Of a DNA stretch of 64,000 bases, positions 61,215 to 64,000 are shown in pieces. The stretch covers positions 19,631 through 83,630 of the forward strand of contig NMRA01000773.1 in assembly GCA_002633005.1 (NCBI GenBank), given 5' to 3'. The number at the start of each line of letters is the position of its first letter. The first letter of the stretch is position 1. Below the pieces are notes generated by a model, which worked only from the letters and a program-made list of their open reading frames with translations, was not told where the DNA came from and did no database searches. The DNA comes from Phoronis australis (taxonomy: Eukaryota; Animalia; Phoronida). Made by a program: the position numbers and the translations under genes.

Positions 61215-62857
61215 ACTTAAACCTTCTTAAGTAGACTGAGCCAGGTGTCACGTGGTTGTTTGCTTGGATGACTGAAGACATTGTCTTGTACTTTCATGTA
61301 CATGGCTTCCTTGATCTTTCTTTTGGTACAACCTCTTTCACTGTCAAGTATTCAGATGTTATTCCACTGGATGTTGTGTTGTTTCGACCACATGTGTTCT
61401 GCTACTCCTGATGAGGTATTACCTTCTCTACAGCACCTCTTATGCTCAGCAATTCTTGTCTTCAGTGGTCTTAATGTTTCACTGATATACGATTCACCAC
61501 ATTCACATGGGATTTCATCGATGACATTTTTCTTTTTTTCCCATGTCAGTTCTTGCTTTGACTTTTGTCAATCGCCGACCCAGTGTGTCTGAGCTGCGGT
61601 ATACTGTTCTTATTTTAAATTCTCTACATATGCGCCCTAGCTTCTCGGTTATTCCGGGTATATACGGTAAGCACATAGTCTGCAGTGGGCGTTCTTCTGC
61701 CACTGCGATGTTAAAGCCGACTTGATGAGATCCCTTGGGTAGCCATTTCTTTCGAATGTCTCCGTCAGGTTGGTCATTTCTGCTTGGAGTGCTGTATCAC
61801 TGCAGATGTCCTTTGATCTTGATGCAAAGCATTTGATTATACCCTTCTTGACTCCTTTGGTGTGGTTGGAGATGAAGTCAAGGTACCGTCCTGTGTGGGT
61901 CTTCTTATAGTAGAAAGACGTTGTTAACTGTCCTTCGACACGAGTCACTAGTACGTCTATGAACGGGAGACTGTTATTTGTCTGTTCTTCCATTGTGAAT
62001 ATAATTGTTCAGATGGCGAAGGAACTCTGATGGATTTTCTGAGTCTTGGCTGAATATTGTGAATGTGTCATCAACGTATCGTTTCCACATCTTCGGGGGT
62101 CTGCTAGCTGAGCTGAGAGCTGTTCGTTCAAACCACTCTATGTACACGTTAGCTAAGACTGGTGATAGTGGTGAACCCATTGCCATTCCTTGTGTCTGCT
62201 CGTTGAACTTGTCTTGGTATTGGAAGTAGGTGGTATTGACACAGAATGTCACTAATTCCAGAATGGAGCCTATTGGGAGGTTTACATCCTCTGATGGCTT
62301 GTGTTCATGTTCTAACTTTGACCCGAGGAATGGGAGAACCTGTGCTGTTGGTATACATGTACATGTGAATAGGCTTTCGACATCAAAGCTCACCATGGTG
62401 TCATTTGGTGTAATGCTGACTGATGACAACATTGACACGAAGTGCTTCGAGTCCTTTACGTACGAGTCAGTTTTTCTAACTAGTGGGGATGTGATGTTGT
62501 TGAGGAATCTAGCTAGTTGGTGGCAGGGAGAACCAATGTTGCTTATAATTGGTCTCATCGGCATATCAGGTTTGTGTATCTTAGGTTTATCATACATGTG
62601 CGGGCTTTTGTGTTGTTTGGGTTGATTCTCTGGAGTGTGTCACGTGGTATTGAACCTTCTACACTTTTCAGGAGGGACTTGATTTTTCTTTCTACGCTCT
62701 TGGTCTTGTCAGATTTTACTTCCTTGTACTGCCCGCTAGATAGTAGATCAGTCATCTTCCTGTTGTAGTCATTCTTATCAAGTACTACTGTTGCATTGCC
62801 TTTGGCAGCTTGTAGGATGATGATGTTTTCATCCCGGGATAGGCTACGTAGGGCCAT
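61215..62857 (-). pseudogene. Penelope reverse transcriptase + GIY-YIG endonuclease, frameshifted
   Basis: RT: IIILQAAKGNATVVLDK, PKIHKPDMPMRPIIS, SFDVESLFT, QGMAMGSPLSPVLAN, WKRYVDDTF, LPFIDVLV. Endonuclease: NVIDEIPCECGESYISETLRPLKTRIAEH. Confidence 0.92.
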
Positions 62858-63149
62858 GTCATTACACCTGTTTAAGTGTATATAGACTAGAGGTCGGTGT
62901 AAATAGACCGAGATTTTAATAATAATTATCTATCTTAACCAGTGGGGAAGCGAAAAAAGCAAAAGTCACGAATTTCCAATTAACGGTTGTTGCATCCGTA
63001 GGCTGTGCAAAAACCACCTCTGCTTTTTTGCCCATCGGAGCAGTCATATCTTGCCATTTATGTTAATTGTACATACGCCCGCTAGACGTCTCTACGGTCC
63101 ATGAAACAACAATGTCCGCTAGTGGCAGTCCCATGGGATTTCGCTAGAT

Positions 63150-63460
63150 TTGTCACCCTCTCTACGCTCGCTGGTTCCATGCGTGCCTCTAGGAAGTCAG
63201 GAGCCAGCACGCAGGTATCACTTAATTTTCCTCGGGATTTTTTTACACCGGCGTTTCTGATTGGTTGGTCAAATTTTCAACGGGCAGCGTTTACGCAAGC
63301 AAACTGGCATGACTGATGGAGCAATTGTAAATATGGTCTGTTGTACCGACAAATCGGTGCTTAAAATTTATGTTCAGGAAATCTGAATCCCAGAAATTGT
63401 GGTTGCGTCTTTTCGGAGTACATCTTTCTACTGTCGATGACTTTTTTTTTAAGTGATATA
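63150..63460 (-). repeat. Dispersed repeat family D copy (inverted)
   Basis: Reverse complement of ~34900-35190. Confidence 0.85.
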
Positions 63461-64000
63461 TACTCGGGAACCCAATGGTGGTCCGCCTTAGCATAAAACC
63501 GACTTGTTGTCGTACTCACCCAATTATTCCACTTCAAAGTTATGCTCTGAATAGGGTTTGATTTAACTCTCACAAATATATAGTATGCCGAGATGTTCAA
63601 GTGAGTATTGCTTTTCGGCAGCCATATTTTAATGACTCCTATGGTCGTCATATGCTGCCGCCTTTTGAAAGAACAGAAAACCACACAAAAAACGGCCAAG
63701 AAAATAGTGGAAAGTGGTTTACAGCAATTCTATTTCAACCACAAACTGTTTTAATAGTATGATATAGATTTTTAAATCGATTAAAATTGATTTAGAATTT
63801 CAGTTCTGGAAAATAAATCGCAATTGTTTTATCCCAGATAGACCTTACTTATTTTGTATTTGTGACCTCTTTATTTGACTTTTTGCTCTTGTTGTTCTTA
63901 AAACCACTTATCTATGCTGTCTTTCTTTTCCTTTTCAGTTTCTCTTCATTCAGCCAAAACAGAACTGTAACCCTTTGAAACTTTGTCGGCGCAAGTTGAT

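Larger units (their letters stand above)
61024..62930 (-). mobile_element. Penelope-like retroelement, 5'-truncated, with an inverted terminal segment
   Basis: RT + GIY-YIG remnants; acctctagtctatatacact (~61045-61064) is inverted at 62875-62894. Confidence 0.92.

Overview
AT-rich, intron- and repeat-dominated animal genomic DNA, probably a marine invertebrate (inference); not prokaryotic. It has two N gaps (8355-8438, 40766-41381) and no intact full-length gene. Most of the window is nested mobile-element debris. (1) TTAA-flanked Kolobok-type DNA transposon derivatives from two related THAP-encoding families; one keeps a convergent second ORF with a YQFEPEY motif. (2) An Academ element with long TIRs and a decayed transposase. 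(3) A 5'-truncated Penelope-like retroelement (RT + GIY-YIG) with a hammerhead-like motif. (4) 3' ends of two LINEs and a tRNA-derived SINE. (5) Many MITEs with TA, TTA/CWG, TTAA, 5-bp and 7-bp target duplications. (6) A Helentron-associated (HINE-like) element whose ~146-bp internal repeats each carry a co-oriented CTCF-consensus motif. Comparing paralogous copies shows repeated TA->TACATGTA and TA->TAGGCCTA micro-insertions that look like transposon excision footprints. Two convergent spliced gene remnants (2.9-5.9 kb +, 10.4-11.6 kb -) and one signal-peptide-like exon (30.3 kb) could not be identified. All family assignments come from motif recognition by eye, not from database searches.
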